Origin: Verrucomicrobiota bacterium
Lineage (GTDB): Bacteria; Verrucomicrobiota; Verrucomicrobiia; Chthoniobacterales; Chthoniobacteraceae
Assembly (NCBI GenBank): GCA_037143855.1
Contig: JBAWXX010000001.1
Location: 43,675 to 107,674 of the forward strand
DNA: 64,000 nucleotides
Reading direction: 5' to 3'
A model generated the notes under the pieces. The model did not search any database and was not told the DNA's origin. It was given only the letters and a program-made list of their open reading frames with translations. Made by a program: the position numbers and the translations under genes. This document shows, one piece after another, positions 53,476 through 63,604 of this stretch (position 1 is the stretch's first letter; the number at the start of each line of letters is the position of its first letter).

Positions 53476-54630
53476 CTCCCAGAGCGCCTCCGTCACGGCC
53501 TGGATCTCCTCCGGGTAGTGGGCGGCCGAAAGCGTCAGGCGCAGCCGCGCGGTGCCGCGTGCCACAGTGGGGTAGCGGATGGCGGGGATGAAAAACCCGC
53601 TATCGTAGAACATCTTGGAGGCCTTGAGCGCCGCCGCTTCGTCCCCCAGCATCACCGGCACGATGGCGCTTTGGAGCTTGTCCGGCGTCAGGCCCGGCGG
53701 CAACCCGGCGGCCAGGACTTTCAAATTATTCCACAGCCGCCGCCGCCGCGCTTCGCCCGCCGGGCTTTCCAGAAACTCCACCGCCGCGCAGGCCGCCGCC
53801 GCCAGGGCCGGAGGGGGCGCGGTGGAATAGACAAAGGAGCGGGCCCGGTTGATGAGCCAGTCGATCAGCGCCCGGCGGCCGCAAACGTAGCCGCCGCTGA
53901 CGCCCAGCGCCTTGCTGAGCGTCCCCATTTGGACATCCACGCGATCCGAGAGCCCCAGGCGCTCCGCCAGACCCCGCCCGTTCGGGCCGACGACCCCCAC
54001 GGCGTGCGCCTCGTCCAGCAGCAGCAACGCACCGTAACGGTCCTTCACTTCCACCAACTCCGCCAGCGGAGCGCGGTCGCCGTCCATGCTAAAAACCGAT
54101 TCGGTGACGACGATCACACGCGCGTCGGCGTGCTCCTTGCGCGCCCATTGCAAGTGGTCTTCCAGCTTGTCCACCTGGTTGTGGGGGAAGACCCGCAACA
54201 CCGCGCCGGAGAGCCGCGCTCCGTCGATGAGCGAGGCGTGGGCCAGCTTGTCCAGGATGATGACGTCCCCCTTCCCCGCCAGCGCGCCGAGCGTCCCCAG
54301 CGCCGTCGCATAGCCGCTGGAAAAACAGAGCGCCGCTTCCGCCCGCTTGAAGGCGGCCAGTTTCTCCTCCAGCGCCACGTGGGGCGAGAGCGTCCCGCAG
54401 ACCAGCCGCGAAGCGGTCGCGCCGATGCCGTAGACATCAATCGCCTCCTTGGCGGCGTCGCGCAGGAACGGCTCGCCCGCGAGGCCCAGGTAATCGTTGG
54501 AAGAAAAATTGATGAGTCGGCGGCCCGCGTACGTCATCGCGGTGCCGGGCTGCGATTCGATCTCGCGCAACCGCCGCAGCAGCGACTGTTGCTTGAGCGC
54601 GTCGAGTTCTTCTTCAAAAGGGCGGGACAT
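53467..54630 (-). CDS. bioF: 8-amino-7-oxononanoate synthase (BioF; alpha-oxoamine synthase family)
   Basis: 387 aa. INFSSNDYLGL, DEAHAVGVVGPNGRG and the PLP-lysine motif GTLSKALG. BioF versus Kbl cannot be fully resolved by eye. Confidence 0.8.
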   Translation of the reverse strand: MSRPFEEELDALKQQSLLRRLREIESQPGTAMTYAGRRLINFSSNDYLGLAGEPFLRDAAKEAIDVYGIGATASRLVCGTLSPHVALEEKLAAFKRAEAALCFSSGYATALGTLGALAGKGDVIILDKLAHASLIDGARLSGAVLRVFPHNQVDKLEDHLQWARKEHADARVIVVTESVFSMDGDRAPLAELVEVKDRYGALLLLDEAHAVGVVGPNGRGLAERLGLSDRVDVQMGTLSKALGVSGGYVCGRRALIDWLINRARSFVYSTAPPPALAAAACAAVEFLESPAGEARRRRLWNNLKVLAAGLPPGLTPDKLQSAIVPVMLGDEAAALKASKMFYDSGFFIPAIRYPTVARGTARLRLTLSAAHYPEEIQAVTEALWELE

Positions 54631-54733
54631 TTGGGGAAAGATTATAGAGGGGTGAGAGGAGAGACAATGATGGAGACAAGGCTTCGGCGCAGCTTCTCTC
54701 TATCTCTATAGCCTATCATCTTTCATCTATCCT

Positions 54734-55633
54734 CTAAAGAGAGAGCCCCCAGGCGAGGAGCGAGCAGGAGTCCTGCCAGAGCCAGGAACGGTTCTTGTCC
54801 CCGAGCGCCACGACGATCACTTCCCGTCCGTTCCGTGAGCCGCTGGAGATCAGGCAATGCCCGGCGGCCTGGGTATACCCGGTTTTCATGCCCGTGCAAT
54901 ACGGGTAGCCGCGCAGGACGAGGTTGGTGTTATTAAACTCCCGCACCCGCCCGCTGGCGAAATGAAAGGCAAGGCTCTTGGTGGAGACGATGGCCCGGAT
55001 TGTCGGGCTGCGATAGGCGGCCAGCGCCAGCCGCGCCATGTCGCGCGCGGTGGAATACTGGTCGGGCGCGGGAAGCCCGTTCGGGTTGACGAAATGGGAA
55101 TGGCGCATCCCGAGTTCCTGCGCCTTGGCGTTCATCTTCGCCGCGAACGCCTCGAGGCTCCCGGCGTTGTCGCGCGCGAGCGTCCTGGCAACGTCGTTGA
55201 CACTGTGCACGAGCAGGACTTGCAACAAATCGCGGCGCGTATAGACCTCGCCGGGGCGAATCCCCAGCTTGACCTCCTCCACCTGGGTGTCGCTGAGTTG
55301 CACGCGCACATTGCGATCCAAATCGCCGCTTTCCACGATGAGAAGCGCGGTTAAGAGCTTCTGCGTGCTGGCAGGCGGCCGCATCTGGTTCGCGTTTTTC
55401 TCATACAGCACCTGGCCGGTCATGGCGTCGGCGACCACGACGGACTCGGCGCGCGTCCGGGGCGTGCCCCCCGAGGGATCCAGCACCGGCTCGACGGATG
55501 GGGTGGAATCCGGGGCCGCCGGGGCGGCGGAACTCCCGGATTTTTTTTTCGTGACAGCCGCGCCCGCGGGCAGCGCCAGCACCGCCAGCAGGGCGGCGGC
55601 AACCAATGGAATGCATTTACGGATCATGAGCAA
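54734..55633 (-). CDS. D-alanyl-D-alanine carboxypeptidase (S11 penicillin-binding protein)
   Basis: Signal peptide present. SxxK (ASTQK), SxN (HSVND) and KTG (MKTGYT) motifs occur in the correct order. Confidence 0.85.
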   Translation of the reverse strand: MLMIRKCIPLVAAALLAVLALPAGAAVTKKKSGSSAAPAAPDSTPSVEPVLDPSGGTPRTRAESVVVADAMTGQVLYEKNANQMRPPASTQKLLTALLIVESGDLDRNVRVQLSDTQVEEVKLGIRPGEVYTRRDLLQVLLVHSVNDVARTLARDNAGSLEAFAAKMNAKAQELGMRHSHFVNPNGLPAPDQYSTARDMARLALAAYRSPTIRAIVSTKSLAFHFASGRVREFNNTNLVLRGYPYCTGMKTGYTQAAGHCLISSGSRNGREVIVVALGDKNRSWLWQDSCSLLAWGLSL

Positions 55634-55684
55634 AAAAGAAGCCTTCGGGCGGGCGGCAAAAATCGCCTTCCCGGCGTATGGCTC

Positions 55685-56275
55685 CTATTCTTTACTCCGC
55701 TTGAGCTGTTTTTCAACCAACGAATCGGGAGCGGCCCCGAGGTCGCGCGCCCGGTAGTAATGGCGGCGGGAGAGCTCCACCATCGGCGGATTTTCCTGAA
55801 GATAGACCACGGCAAGGTTAAAATGCGCCTCCGCAAGGCTGTCGTCCAGTTCCAGCGCCCGCTGCAACTCCGCCTCGGCCCCGTCCAGCCACCCCTTGCG
55901 CCCCACCGTCACCCCCAGATAACTGTGCGCCCTCGCGTTGCGGGGTTCCAGCAGGACGGCTTGGGAAAGCGCGGCGAGCGCCACATCGAGCTTGCCGCTT
56001 TCACACGCGCTCACCCCCAGCGCCAGCCACGCCGCCACGGAGTCCGGGTCGGCGCGGCAAGCCCGTTGGAGCAGCGTGATCGCCTCCTCCGGGCGCTTGG
56101 ACCGGGCTTCCAGCATCCCCAATTCGATCAACGCCGCCGTGTTCCGGGGCTCGGCATCCAAAATCCGCGTCAACCGGGCGCGCGCCACCGCATCGGCATC
56201 GTCCGCCGCGAGAGCCCCGGCGCCACAGGCCAGAAACAGCATGACCGGCACGAGAAAACGGATTTTAGCTTGCAT
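55685..56275 (-). CDS. TPR-repeat lipoprotein
   Basis: Lipobox MLFLACG. There are several 34-aa TPR-like units (AWLALGVSACESGKLDVALAALSQAVLLEP, AHSYLGVTVGRKGWLDGAEAELQRALELD). Confidence 0.75.
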   Translation of the reverse strand: MQAKIRFLVPVMLFLACGAGALAADDADAVARARLTRILDAEPRNTAALIELGMLEARSKRPEEAITLLQRACRADPDSVAAWLALGVSACESGKLDVALAALSQAVLLEPRNARAHSYLGVTVGRKGWLDGAEAELQRALELDDSLAEAHFNLAVVYLQENPPMVELSRRHYYRARDLGAAPDSLVEKQLKRSKE

Positions 56276-56283
56276 GCGTTTTT

Positions 56284-57081
56284 TTACGCCCCCAGCTCCC
56301 GGGAGCGTTGCGTGGCCGCGCGCACCGCGCTGATGAACGCCGCGCGCACCGCCGCGTTTTCGAGTTCCTCCACCCCCGCGATGGTCGTTCCGCCGGGGCT
56401 CGTCACCTGGTCCTTGAGGGCCGCCGGATGCTGCCCGGTCTGGAGCACCATGGCCGCCGCACCCGCGACCGTTTGCGCCGCCAGTTGCAGCGCGAGATCG
56501 CGCGGGAGGCCCATCAGCACGCCGCCGTCGGCAAGCGCTTCGATCACAAGATAAACATACGCCGGTCCGCTGCCGCTCAAGCCCGTCACCGCATCAAGGA
56601 GCGCTTCCTTCACCTGCACCGCGCGGCCCACGGCGGAAAGCAACTTCGCCACCAACGCCGCATCCTCCGGCGTGGCTGCGGCTCCCATGGCGAACGCAGC
56701 GGCCCCCTGCCCGATCAGCGCCGGAGTGTTGGGCATCACCCGCACCACGCGCACGCCAGCCCCCGCAGCGGCTTCCAGTTTCGCAAGCGAAAGCCCGGCC
56801 ACAATCGAAATGAGGAGCTTCCCGGCCAGCGCGTCGCCCATGCCGCGCACCGCCGCCAGCGCGTCCGACGGTTTCACGCAAAGCACCACGGCATCCACGG
56901 CCCGGGCCAGTTCCGCACCGTCCGCAGCCGCGTGCGCCCCCGTCTTGCGTGTCAGCGCCTCCACCGCCGCGGGCACGCAATCGCAGGCCCAGATTGATTC
57001 GGCGGAAAACACGCCCGCGTTCACCACGCCACCGGAAAGCGCCGTCGCCATTTTGCCACAACCGAGAAAACCAAGTTTCAT
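56284..57081 (-). CDS. proC: Pyrroline-5-carboxylate reductase
   Basis: ATG at 57081 (MKLGFLGCGKMATAL). GSGPAYVYLVIEALADGGVLMGLPRDLA and VTSPGGTTIAG. Confidence 0.9.
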   Translation of the reverse strand: MKLGFLGCGKMATALSGGVVNAGVFSAESIWACDCVPAAVEALTRKTGAHAAADGAELARAVDAVVLCVKPSDALAAVRGMGDALAGKLLISIVAGLSLAKLEAAAGAGVRVVRVMPNTPALIGQGAAAFAMGAAATPEDAALVAKLLSAVGRAVQVKEALLDAVTGLSGSGPAYVYLVIEALADGGVLMGLPRDLALQLAAQTVAGAAAMVLQTGQHPAALKDQVTSPGGTTIAGVEELENAAVRAAFISAVRAATQRSRELGA

Positions 57082-57218
57082 GACGCCAGGAATATACCGC
57101 AAAGTGTTTCAGGAAAAGAAAATCCGATGCAGGAAACACGCGGATTCGGCGGGCCAGCCAATGCAGATTTTCCCAGGATGATCCTCCTGCGTACTGGATT
57201 TCCACCTCAAACTTCCCT

Positions 57219-58955
57219 ATGTTCCGCCTCTTTCCCATGCCAAACCAGCCCGATTGCTCCGCCGAACAGGCCGCCGCCGTCCCCCTTCTTTCGCCACCGA
57301 TTCCCCGCTCCGAACGCTGGACCGCCGCCCTCCTTTTTCTGGCCGCCTTCGTCCTGCGCTGCTTCTACATCTTTCGCTTCCGCTACGACAGCGACGAGCC
57401 GCAGCACCTCCACACCACCTGGGGCTGGACGCAAGGGCTGCTGCAATACCGGGACTTCTTCGACAACCACACCCCGCTCTTTCACCTCCTCTTTTCCCCA
57501 CTCGTGGCGGCCATCGGGGAAACGCCCGATATTCTGACGTTCATGCGCTTTGCGATGGTGCCGCTCTGGGCCGTGTCGCTGTGGGCGGTGTGGAAACTGG
57601 GGTGCCGCCTTTTCTCCCGGCGCGCCGGGCTCTGGGGGGCCGTCTTCATCGCACTCCTGCCGTGGTGGTTCTTCCCGGCGCTGGAATACCGGACCGACAA
57701 CCTCTGGACGCCCCTCTGGCTCTGCGCCCTGGTGGTGGTGCTCACGGGCCGCCTGACGGGGCGGCGCGCCTTTGCGGGGGGGGTGATCCTCGGATTTGCC
57801 GCCTGCGTCTCGATGAAAACGAGCCTGCTGCTCGGCGTCTCCGCCCTGGCCGCCGTGATGGCCCTCCTCTGCGCCCGGCGCTTCGACCGCGCCACGCTGG
57901 GCCACGGGGCAAAAGCCACGCTCGCCCTCGCCGCCGGAACGCTCCTCGCCCCCGCCGCCCTCTGCGCCTTCTTCGCCGCCAAAGGGTGCTGGGCCGACTT
58001 CTATTACTGCGTCATCCAGCACAACACCCTCCTTGACGTGGATGCCAAGCTCCACCCTTGGTATCAGCGGCTTGCCTTCCCCGTCGCGTTCCCCTTCCTG
58101 ACCTTCCTGGCCGTGCAAATCGCCCGGCGCGCCGCCAGCCCGGCGCAGGCCTTGCGGTGGAGCTTCCTCTTTCTCTTCGCGGGTTTTTATTACGTCTCGC
58201 TGGACAGTTTTTGGGCCCTGCTCACGCGCCAGGATTACCTCCCTTTCTACCCCCTGGCGGCCGTGCTCGCCGCCCCCGCCGTCCTGTGGCTGGCCAACAA
58301 CGCCCGCGCGGGCACGTCTCGCGGCGCGGCCCTGCTGGCCGTGCTCGGGTGCGCCGAAATCCTCCTCATCCTGGGCGGGCGTCCCCCGGAGATCGACGGC
58401 ACCCGCGACCAACGGGAACTGCTGGGTCAAGTCCTGCAACTCACGCGGCCGGGGGAGTGGGTCATGGACTTCAAAGGCCAGTCGGTCTTCCGGCGGCGCG
58501 CCTTCTATTACGTCATCGAACCGCTCACCAGTTGCCGGATCAAACGCGGCCTGATCGAAGACACCATACCGCGGGATCTCGCTGAAAAGGGCGTCTGCGT
58601 CGTCGTCAACCGGCAACGCTGGTACGACAGGAAAACCTTCCAATTCCTCAGCGAAAACTACCTGGCCGCCGGTCAGGTGCGCGTGGCGGGCCGCCTCCTC
58701 CCCGCCGCCTCCCCGGGGGAAACGATCTCCTTCCCCGTCGCCATCCCCGCCCCCTACGTCCTTTGGGCCGGAGGAGAACCGGCACGAGGGCTTCTGGACG
58801 GCCAGCCCTGCGACGGCGCGCGGTTCCTCTCCCCCGGCCCGCACACCTTCCGCCCCGAGGGAGCCTGCCCCCGCCTCGCCCTCCTCTGGGAACGGGCCGC
58901 CGCCAAGGGATGCACTCCCGAAGCCAACCAGCCCGGCTGGCTGTATGAGCGGTAG
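57219..58955 (+). CDS. GT-C-fold glycosyltransferase (ArnT/PMT-like, polytopic membrane protein)
   Basis: 578 aa. There are about 10 N-terminal TM helices, an acidic first-loop motif (RYDSDEPQH) and a soluble C-terminal domain. The family assignment is from architecture only. Confidence 0.6.
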   Translation: MFRLFPMPNQPDCSAEQAAAVPLLSPPIPRSERWTAALLFLAAFVLRCFYIFRFRYDSDEPQHLHTTWGWTQGLLQYRDFFDNHTPLFHLLFSPLVAAIGETPDILTFMRFAMVPLWAVSLWAVWKLGCRLFSRRAGLWGAVFIALLPWWFFPALEYRTDNLWTPLWLCALVVVLTGRLTGRRAFAGGVILGFAACVSMKTSLLLGVSALAAVMALLCARRFDRATLGHGAKATLALAAGTLLAPAALCAFFAAKGCWADFYYCVIQHNTLLDVDAKLHPWYQRLAFPVAFPFLTFLAVQIARRAASPAQALRWSFLFLFAGFYYVSLDSFWALLTRQDYLPFYPLAAVLAAPAVLWLANNARAGTSRGAALLAVLGCAEILLILGGRPPEIDGTRDQRELLGQVLQLTRPGEWVMDFKGQSVFRRRAFYYVIEPLTSCRIKRGLIEDTIPRDLAEKGVCVVVNRQRWYDRKTFQFLSENYLAAGQVRVAGRLLPAASPGETISFPVAIPAPYVLWAGGEPARGLLDGQPCDGARFLSPGPHTFRPEGACPRLALLWERAAAKGCTPEANQPGWLYER

Positions 58956-59094
58956 GAAAGAGATTATCCTTAAAAACGGTGATGGGAGGGGAAGAACGGA
59001 GACGTGGAAGAAGCCCCGCCCTAGCACCTATTCGCTTACCCCTCCATCATCTCATTGAATTTCCCCGCTAAGCGGTGCAAGATCGCCGGTTCCT

Positions 59095-60423
59095 ATGAGT
59101 TCCAACGTCCGTGTCCGTTTTGCCCCCTCGCCCACCGGCTACCTGCATGTCGGCGGCGCCCGCACCGCGCTTTTCAACTGGCTCTATGCCCGCAACACCG
59201 GGGGCACCTTCATCCTGCGCATTGAAGATACGGACAAAGCCCGCAACACCGCCGAAGCCACCCAGGCCATCTACGACGGCCTCAACTGGCTGGGGCTGGA
59301 CTGGGACGAAGGCCCTTTCAAAGGCGGCAATTACGGCCCCTATTTCCAAAGCGAGCGCGAGGAGATCTACCTGCGCTACTTCAACCAGCTCAAAGACGGC
59401 GGGCATCTCTACCAGGAAGCCAACGGCGCGTGGCGGTTCCGCTCCCAGCGCCGGGTGGTCGTCCTGGACGACCTCGTTTGCGGGCACATTGAGTTTGACC
59501 TCACCAACCCGGAAACGCATCCCGACATCACCATCCGGCGGCCCGACGGCGGCTGGATCTTCCACTTCGTCAACGTCGTGGACGACATCGAGATGAAAAT
59601 GACCCACGTCTTCCGGGGCGAAGACCACCTCTCCAACACCCCCAAACACCTCGAGCTCTACGCCGCCCTCGGCGCGGAGCCCCCCCGCTTCGCCCACATC
59701 CCGCTGATTCTCAACCGCGACGGCTCCAAAATGAGCAAGCGCGACCAGGGAGCCTCCATCGCCGGATACATCGAGCAAGGCTACGCCCCCGAAGCCGTCC
59801 GTAACTACCTCTGCCTGCTCGGCTGGTCCCCCAAGGAAAACCGGGAGATCATCCCCATCGAGGAAATCGCCGCCAAGTTCGACATTCCCCATCTCAACCG
59901 CCACAACGCCTCCTTCGACCTGGAAAAATGCCACTGGATGAACGTCCAGTATCTCCTGCAAATGAGCCTGGAGCGCTTCATGCAGTTGAGCCTCCCCTTC
60001 ATCCAAAAAGCCGGCATTCCCTACGGCAGCGAAGACGCGCTGAGGCCCGTGCTCGCCATCGTCAAGGAAAAGACCAAGCAACTCGACGAAGTCCCCGGCC
60101 GCATCAGCTTCTTCTTCACGGAAGACTACCCGTATGAGGAAGAGGCCGTGGAAAAAACGCTCCGCGTCCCCGGCGCGGTGGAGAAACTCCTCCTCCTGGC
60201 CGAACGCTACGAAGCGAGCGCGGCATGGACCCCGGAAACCCTCGAAGCCACCCTCAAAGCCACCGCTGCCGAGCAGGGCTGGAAGAACAAGGATCTCATT
60301 CACCCCGCGCGCATCGCCGTGAGCGGCCGCTCGGTCGGCCCCAGCCTCTACCACATGATGGAGGTCTTGGGCAAAGAGCGAACCGTCGCCCGGATGCGCG
60401 CCACGGCCGCGCGGTTCCAGTAA
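59095..60423 (+). CDS. gltX: Glutamate--tRNA ligase
   Basis: RVRFAPSPTGYLHVGGARTALFN (HIGH-type), RIEDTD and KMSKR. Confidence 0.9.
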   Translation: MSSNVRVRFAPSPTGYLHVGGARTALFNWLYARNTGGTFILRIEDTDKARNTAEATQAIYDGLNWLGLDWDEGPFKGGNYGPYFQSEREEIYLRYFNQLKDGGHLYQEANGAWRFRSQRRVVVLDDLVCGHIEFDLTNPETHPDITIRRPDGGWIFHFVNVVDDIEMKMTHVFRGEDHLSNTPKHLELYAALGAEPPRFAHIPLILNRDGSKMSKRDQGASIAGYIEQGYAPEAVRNYLCLLGWSPKENREIIPIEEIAAKFDIPHLNRHNASFDLEKCHWMNVQYLLQMSLERFMQLSLPFIQKAGIPYGSEDALRPVLAIVKEKTKQLDEVPGRISFFFTEDYPYEEEAVEKTLRVPGAVEKLLLLAERYEASAAWTPETLEATLKATAAEQGWKNKDLIHPARIAVSGRSVGPSLYHMMEVLGKERTVARMRATAARFQ

Positions 60424-60584
60424 ATCGCCACCCCGGGAACCCTCGATATGCTTTGGGGCTTCTTCCCGGCCACGGGCAAGGAAGCGCCCGTCCGATTACA
60501 CCGTGCAGATCCTCGTCCGCAACCGCGTCAAACAAGTCGAGCTTCCGCTGGAAACCGGCTTCGACGTCCAGTAGCTGCCCTCGC

Positions 60585-62150
60585 TCAGTGCTGGCGCAGG
60601 AATTCCACAATCTGCTCCGCCAGCTTGGGGCCGATGCCGGGAAATGCCGCGATCTCCTCAACCGGGGTCCGCCGCAAGCGCGCCACGGAGCCAAATCGCT
60701 TCAAGAGCGCCTCCTTGCGCGCCCGGCTCACCCCCGGGCAGTCATCAAGGAGACTCTCGGCAATACGCCGCTTCATGAGCAACTGGTGGTAGCCGTTCGC
60801 AAACCGGTGCGCCTCGTCCCGGATCCGCTGCAAGAGCCGCAGCGCCCCGGAATCCTCCGGCAGTCGGAGCGGCTCCGGGCGGCCCGGGCGGTAGATTTCC
60901 TCAAACTCCTTGGCCAGGCCGATGATCGGCAGATCATACAACCCCAGCCGCTGCAACTCCTTGCACGCGCTGGAGAGCTGGCCTTTGCCGCCATCCACCA
61001 CCACCAGGTCGGGGAGCCGCACCCGAAGCGCTCCCTGCCGGCGAAGCCGGGCCAGCGCTTCGGCGGGCGGTTCCTGGGAGAACTCCGCCGCGCCCGCGGC
61101 ATCCTCTTCCCTCGCCTCCAGCAACACCCGGGAATAACGCCGCCGGATCACCTCCGCCATGCTGGCAAAGTCGTTCTGCCCCTCCACCGTCTTGATCCGG
61201 TAGCGGCGGTAACTCGAAGGATCGGCGGCGCCGTCGCGGAAGCAGACCATCGAGGCGACAATGTGCGTGGAAGAAATATTCGCTATATCGAAGCACTCCA
61301 TCACGCGCGGCGGGGCCGCAAGCTGCAGCGCGTCCCGCAGCGCCGCCAGGTCCGCCTCGGGAACCACGGTGCTGGGCAGCGAGTGGCGGGTCAGGCGCGT
61401 GAAACGGCGCGTGGGAGCCGTCGTCCGGCGCAAGTCCTCGATCATATTGCGCAGCTCCGCCGCCTTTTCAAAATCGAGCTTCGCGGCCGCCTTGCGCATC
61501 TCCTCCTCCAGTTGCCCCAGCAACTCCTTGGACTGGCCGTTGATAAACTCGCACGCCTCCTCCACCCGCTGGCGGTAGCTCTCCGCGTTCAGCCCGCTCA
61601 GCTTGACGAGCACCTGAAACGCCGACGACTTCAATTCCCTCTCGGTGGGCGCTCCCCGCCCGAACGTCAGGATGCCAAAGCGTTTCCGCAGGAAATGGAG
61701 CGTCTGCCGCAGCGCTCCCGCGTCGGCAAACGGGCCGAAATAGCGGGCGTTGTCGTCGCGCTTGAACCGGGCCAGCCGGAAGCGCGGCCACTCCTCGGCC
61801 ATGTCCACCTTCACCATCAGAAAGCGTTTGTCGTCGCGGAAAGAGATATTGTATTTGGGCCGGAACTCTTTAATGAGCTTCCCCTCCATCAAGAGCGCCT
61901 CCGGCTCACTGTGGACCGTGTGCCACTCCAGCTCCCAGACGCTTTCCAGCAGCGCCCGCGTCTTCAAATCCGCCGTCCGCTTCTTCGACTCCATGAAATA
62001 TTGGCTCACCCGCTTGCGCAAATCCCGCGCCTTGCCCACGTAAATGACCCGTTTCAGGCGGTCCCTCATCAGGTAAACCCCGGGCTGATGCGGCAAATCA
62101 TGCAATTTCTTGCGCAGGTCAGGCTTGTCTTTGGGAAGAGGCGGCGTCAT
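60585..62150 (-). CDS. uvrC: Excinuclease ABC subunit C (compact, 521 aa)
   Basis: ATG at 62150. GIY-YIG domain (PGVYLMRDRLKRVIYVGKARDLRKRVSQYF), UVR motif (LEEEMRKAAAKLDFEKAAELRNMIEDL) and a C-terminal (HhH)2 (FPGIGPKLAEQIVEFL). The 471-codon upstream extension in the track is antisense to exbBD and was rejected. Confidence 0.9.
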   Translation of the reverse strand: MTPPLPKDKPDLRKKLHDLPHQPGVYLMRDRLKRVIYVGKARDLRKRVSQYFMESKKRTADLKTRALLESVWELEWHTVHSEPEALLMEGKLIKEFRPKYNISFRDDKRFLMVKVDMAEEWPRFRLARFKRDDNARYFGPFADAGALRQTLHFLRKRFGILTFGRGAPTERELKSSAFQVLVKLSGLNAESYRQRVEEACEFINGQSKELLGQLEEEMRKAAAKLDFEKAAELRNMIEDLRRTTAPTRRFTRLTRHSLPSTVVPEADLAALRDALQLAAPPRVMECFDIANISSTHIVASMVCFRDGAADPSSYRRYRIKTVEGQNDFASMAEVIRRRYSRVLLEAREEDAAGAAEFSQEPPAEALARLRRQGALRVRLPDLVVVDGGKGQLSSACKELQRLGLYDLPIIGLAKEFEEIYRPGRPEPLRLPEDSGALRLLQRIRDEAHRFANGYHQLLMKRRIAESLLDDCPGVSRARKEALLKRFGSVARLRRTPVEEIAAFPGIGPKLAEQIVEFLRQH

Positions 62151-62216
62151 AGATGTTGGATTCGCGAAGGCAGTTGAAAGCGTCCCGACGCGGCCTAATA
62201 TACACAACCTATTCCA

Positions 62217-63131
62217 ATGAAACGCTCTCTTTTGATCGCTATTACGCTCCCCCCGGTCCTGGCAACGTCCCTTTTCGCCCAGGAGGGAAGCGCCGCCACG
62301 GCCGCCGCCACCGCCGCCGTCTCCCAAAGCAGTTCCTCCGTGACCCTCTGGAACCTCTTTGCCTCGGGCGGCTGGGCCATGATCCCGCTGGGGGTGATGT
62401 CCGTCCTCACGGTCATGCTCCTCTTTGTCTATGTCATCACCCTGCGGCGCGGAGCCATCCTCTCCCACCAGTTCATGAACACCGCGGAAGTCCTGCTCAA
62501 AAAACAGGACTACGCCGGGCTCCTCGCCATCGCCCACCGGCACACCGAGGCCGTCGCCCGGATCGTCCACCGGATGCTCGACTTCGCCTCCAAAAACCCC
62601 GGCGCCCCCTTTGAAGTCGTGCGCGAGATCGCCCAGACCGAAGGGGCCACCCAGGCCGCCTCCCTGCAAAACCGGATCGCCTACCTGGCCGACATCGCCG
62701 TCCTCTCCCCCATGGTCGGCCTGCTCGGCACCGTCTTCGGCATCATCCAGTCCTTCGGCGTCCTCGCCAACGCCACCACCACCCAGGCAAGCCGCCCCAT
62801 CCTCCTCGCCCAAGGCGTCTCCGAAGCGCTCGTCGCCACCGGCACCGGCCTCGTCATCGGCATCACCGCCATGGCCTTCTACGGCTTCTTCCGCAACAAA
62901 GTGCAGAACCTCCTTTCCGAACTGGAGCGCGCCTCCGCCCACCTGTTGGGGCTCCTCTCGCTGCAATTCGAAGCGAGGGGACCTCGCCGCGAAGAACCGG
63001 CGGCGCGGCCCGAACCGGAGTCCCGCCAGGAGTCCCGCCAGGAGTCCCGCCCCCGGGACTTCCACATTGAACCCCGGCGGCGCAACCCCGACCCGCAACG
63101 CCCCCCCATCTCCGTCGAGGACGAGTTTTAA
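62217..63131 (+). CDS. exbB: MotA/TolQ/ExbB family proton-channel protein with a charged repetitive C-terminal tail
   Basis: ADIAVLSPMVGLLGTVFGIIQSF and AQGVSEALVATGTGLVIGITAMAFY. The tail contains ESRQESRQESRP, from a GAGTCCCGCCAG repeat at 63018..63051. Confidence 0.85.
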   Translation: MKRSLLIAITLPPVLATSLFAQEGSAATAAATAAVSQSSSSVTLWNLFASGGWAMIPLGVMSVLTVMLLFVYVITLRRGAILSHQFMNTAEVLLKKQDYAGLLAIAHRHTEAVARIVHRMLDFASKNPGAPFEVVREIAQTEGATQAASLQNRIAYLADIAVLSPMVGLLGTVFGIIQSFGVLANATTTQASRPILLAQGVSEALVATGTGLVIGITAMAFYGFFRNKVQNLLSELERASAHLLGLLSLQFEARGPRREEPAARPEPESRQESRQESRPRDFHIEPRRRNPDPQRPPISVEDEF

Positions 63132-63149
63132 ATCTGCGGATAAAAACCC

Positions 63150-63566
63150 ATGAACTTCCGAAAACGCGCCCAGCCCCAACTGCTTGGCTTCCAGATTGCC
63201 CCAATGGTGGACATCCTGCTTGTCCTCCTCGTCTTCTTCATCGTCACGTGGAACTTCGCGCTGACGGAGAACGAACTCGACGTCAAAGTCCCCACCGCCT
63301 CCGCCGCCAAAGAGCAGCAACCCGTCGCCAACCAGACCGTCCTCAACGTCCGCAAAAACGGCACCGTCGTCATGAACCGCAAGGAACTGACCCTCGACGA
63401 ACTGCGCAAAAAACTCGAGGCCCTCTCCGGGCTCTATCCCGACTACGCCATCATCGTCCGGGGCGACAAACAGCTTCCTTTTGAAAACCTGATGGCCGTC
63501 ATGGACGTCTGCCGCCAGGCCAATATCTGGAACGTGGCCTTCGCCACCGCGATTTCTCCGCAATAA
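63150..63566 (+). CDS. exbD: ExbD/TolR family protein
   Basis: 138 aa. N-terminal FQIAPMVDILLVLLVFFIV, and a periplasmic domain carrying IVRGDKQLPFENLMAVMDVCRQANI. Confidence 0.85.
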   Translation: MNFRKRAQPQLLGFQIAPMVDILLVLLVFFIVTWNFALTENELDVKVPTASAAKEQQPVANQTVLNVRKNGTVVMNRKELTLDELRKKLEALSGLYPDYAIIVRGDKQLPFENLMAVMDVCRQANIWNVAFATAISPQ

Positions 63567-63604
63567 CCGGCGGCCATTTCGCCTCCCGCAACGATTTGCA
63601 CCTT

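Noticed and set aside
57207-59027. 606-aa minus-strand ORF, and the 428-aa ORF at 59068..60354
   Set aside because: They are antisense to the polytopic GT-C glycosyltransferase and to gltX respectively. Both are Gly/Glu/Arg/Ala-rich without motifs.
60424-60584. Possible small gene or gene remnant between the convergent gltX and uvrC (a frame reading ...DYTVQILVRNRVKQVELPLETGFDVQ*)
   Set aside because: No in-frame start codon or upstream context was found. It is too short to evaluate and may be a relic.
62151-63563. 471-codon upstream extension of the uvrC ORF (track ORF 60585..63563)
   Set aside because: It is antisense to exbB and exbD. The UvrC GIY-YIG domain begins right after ATG 62150 with normal spacing.
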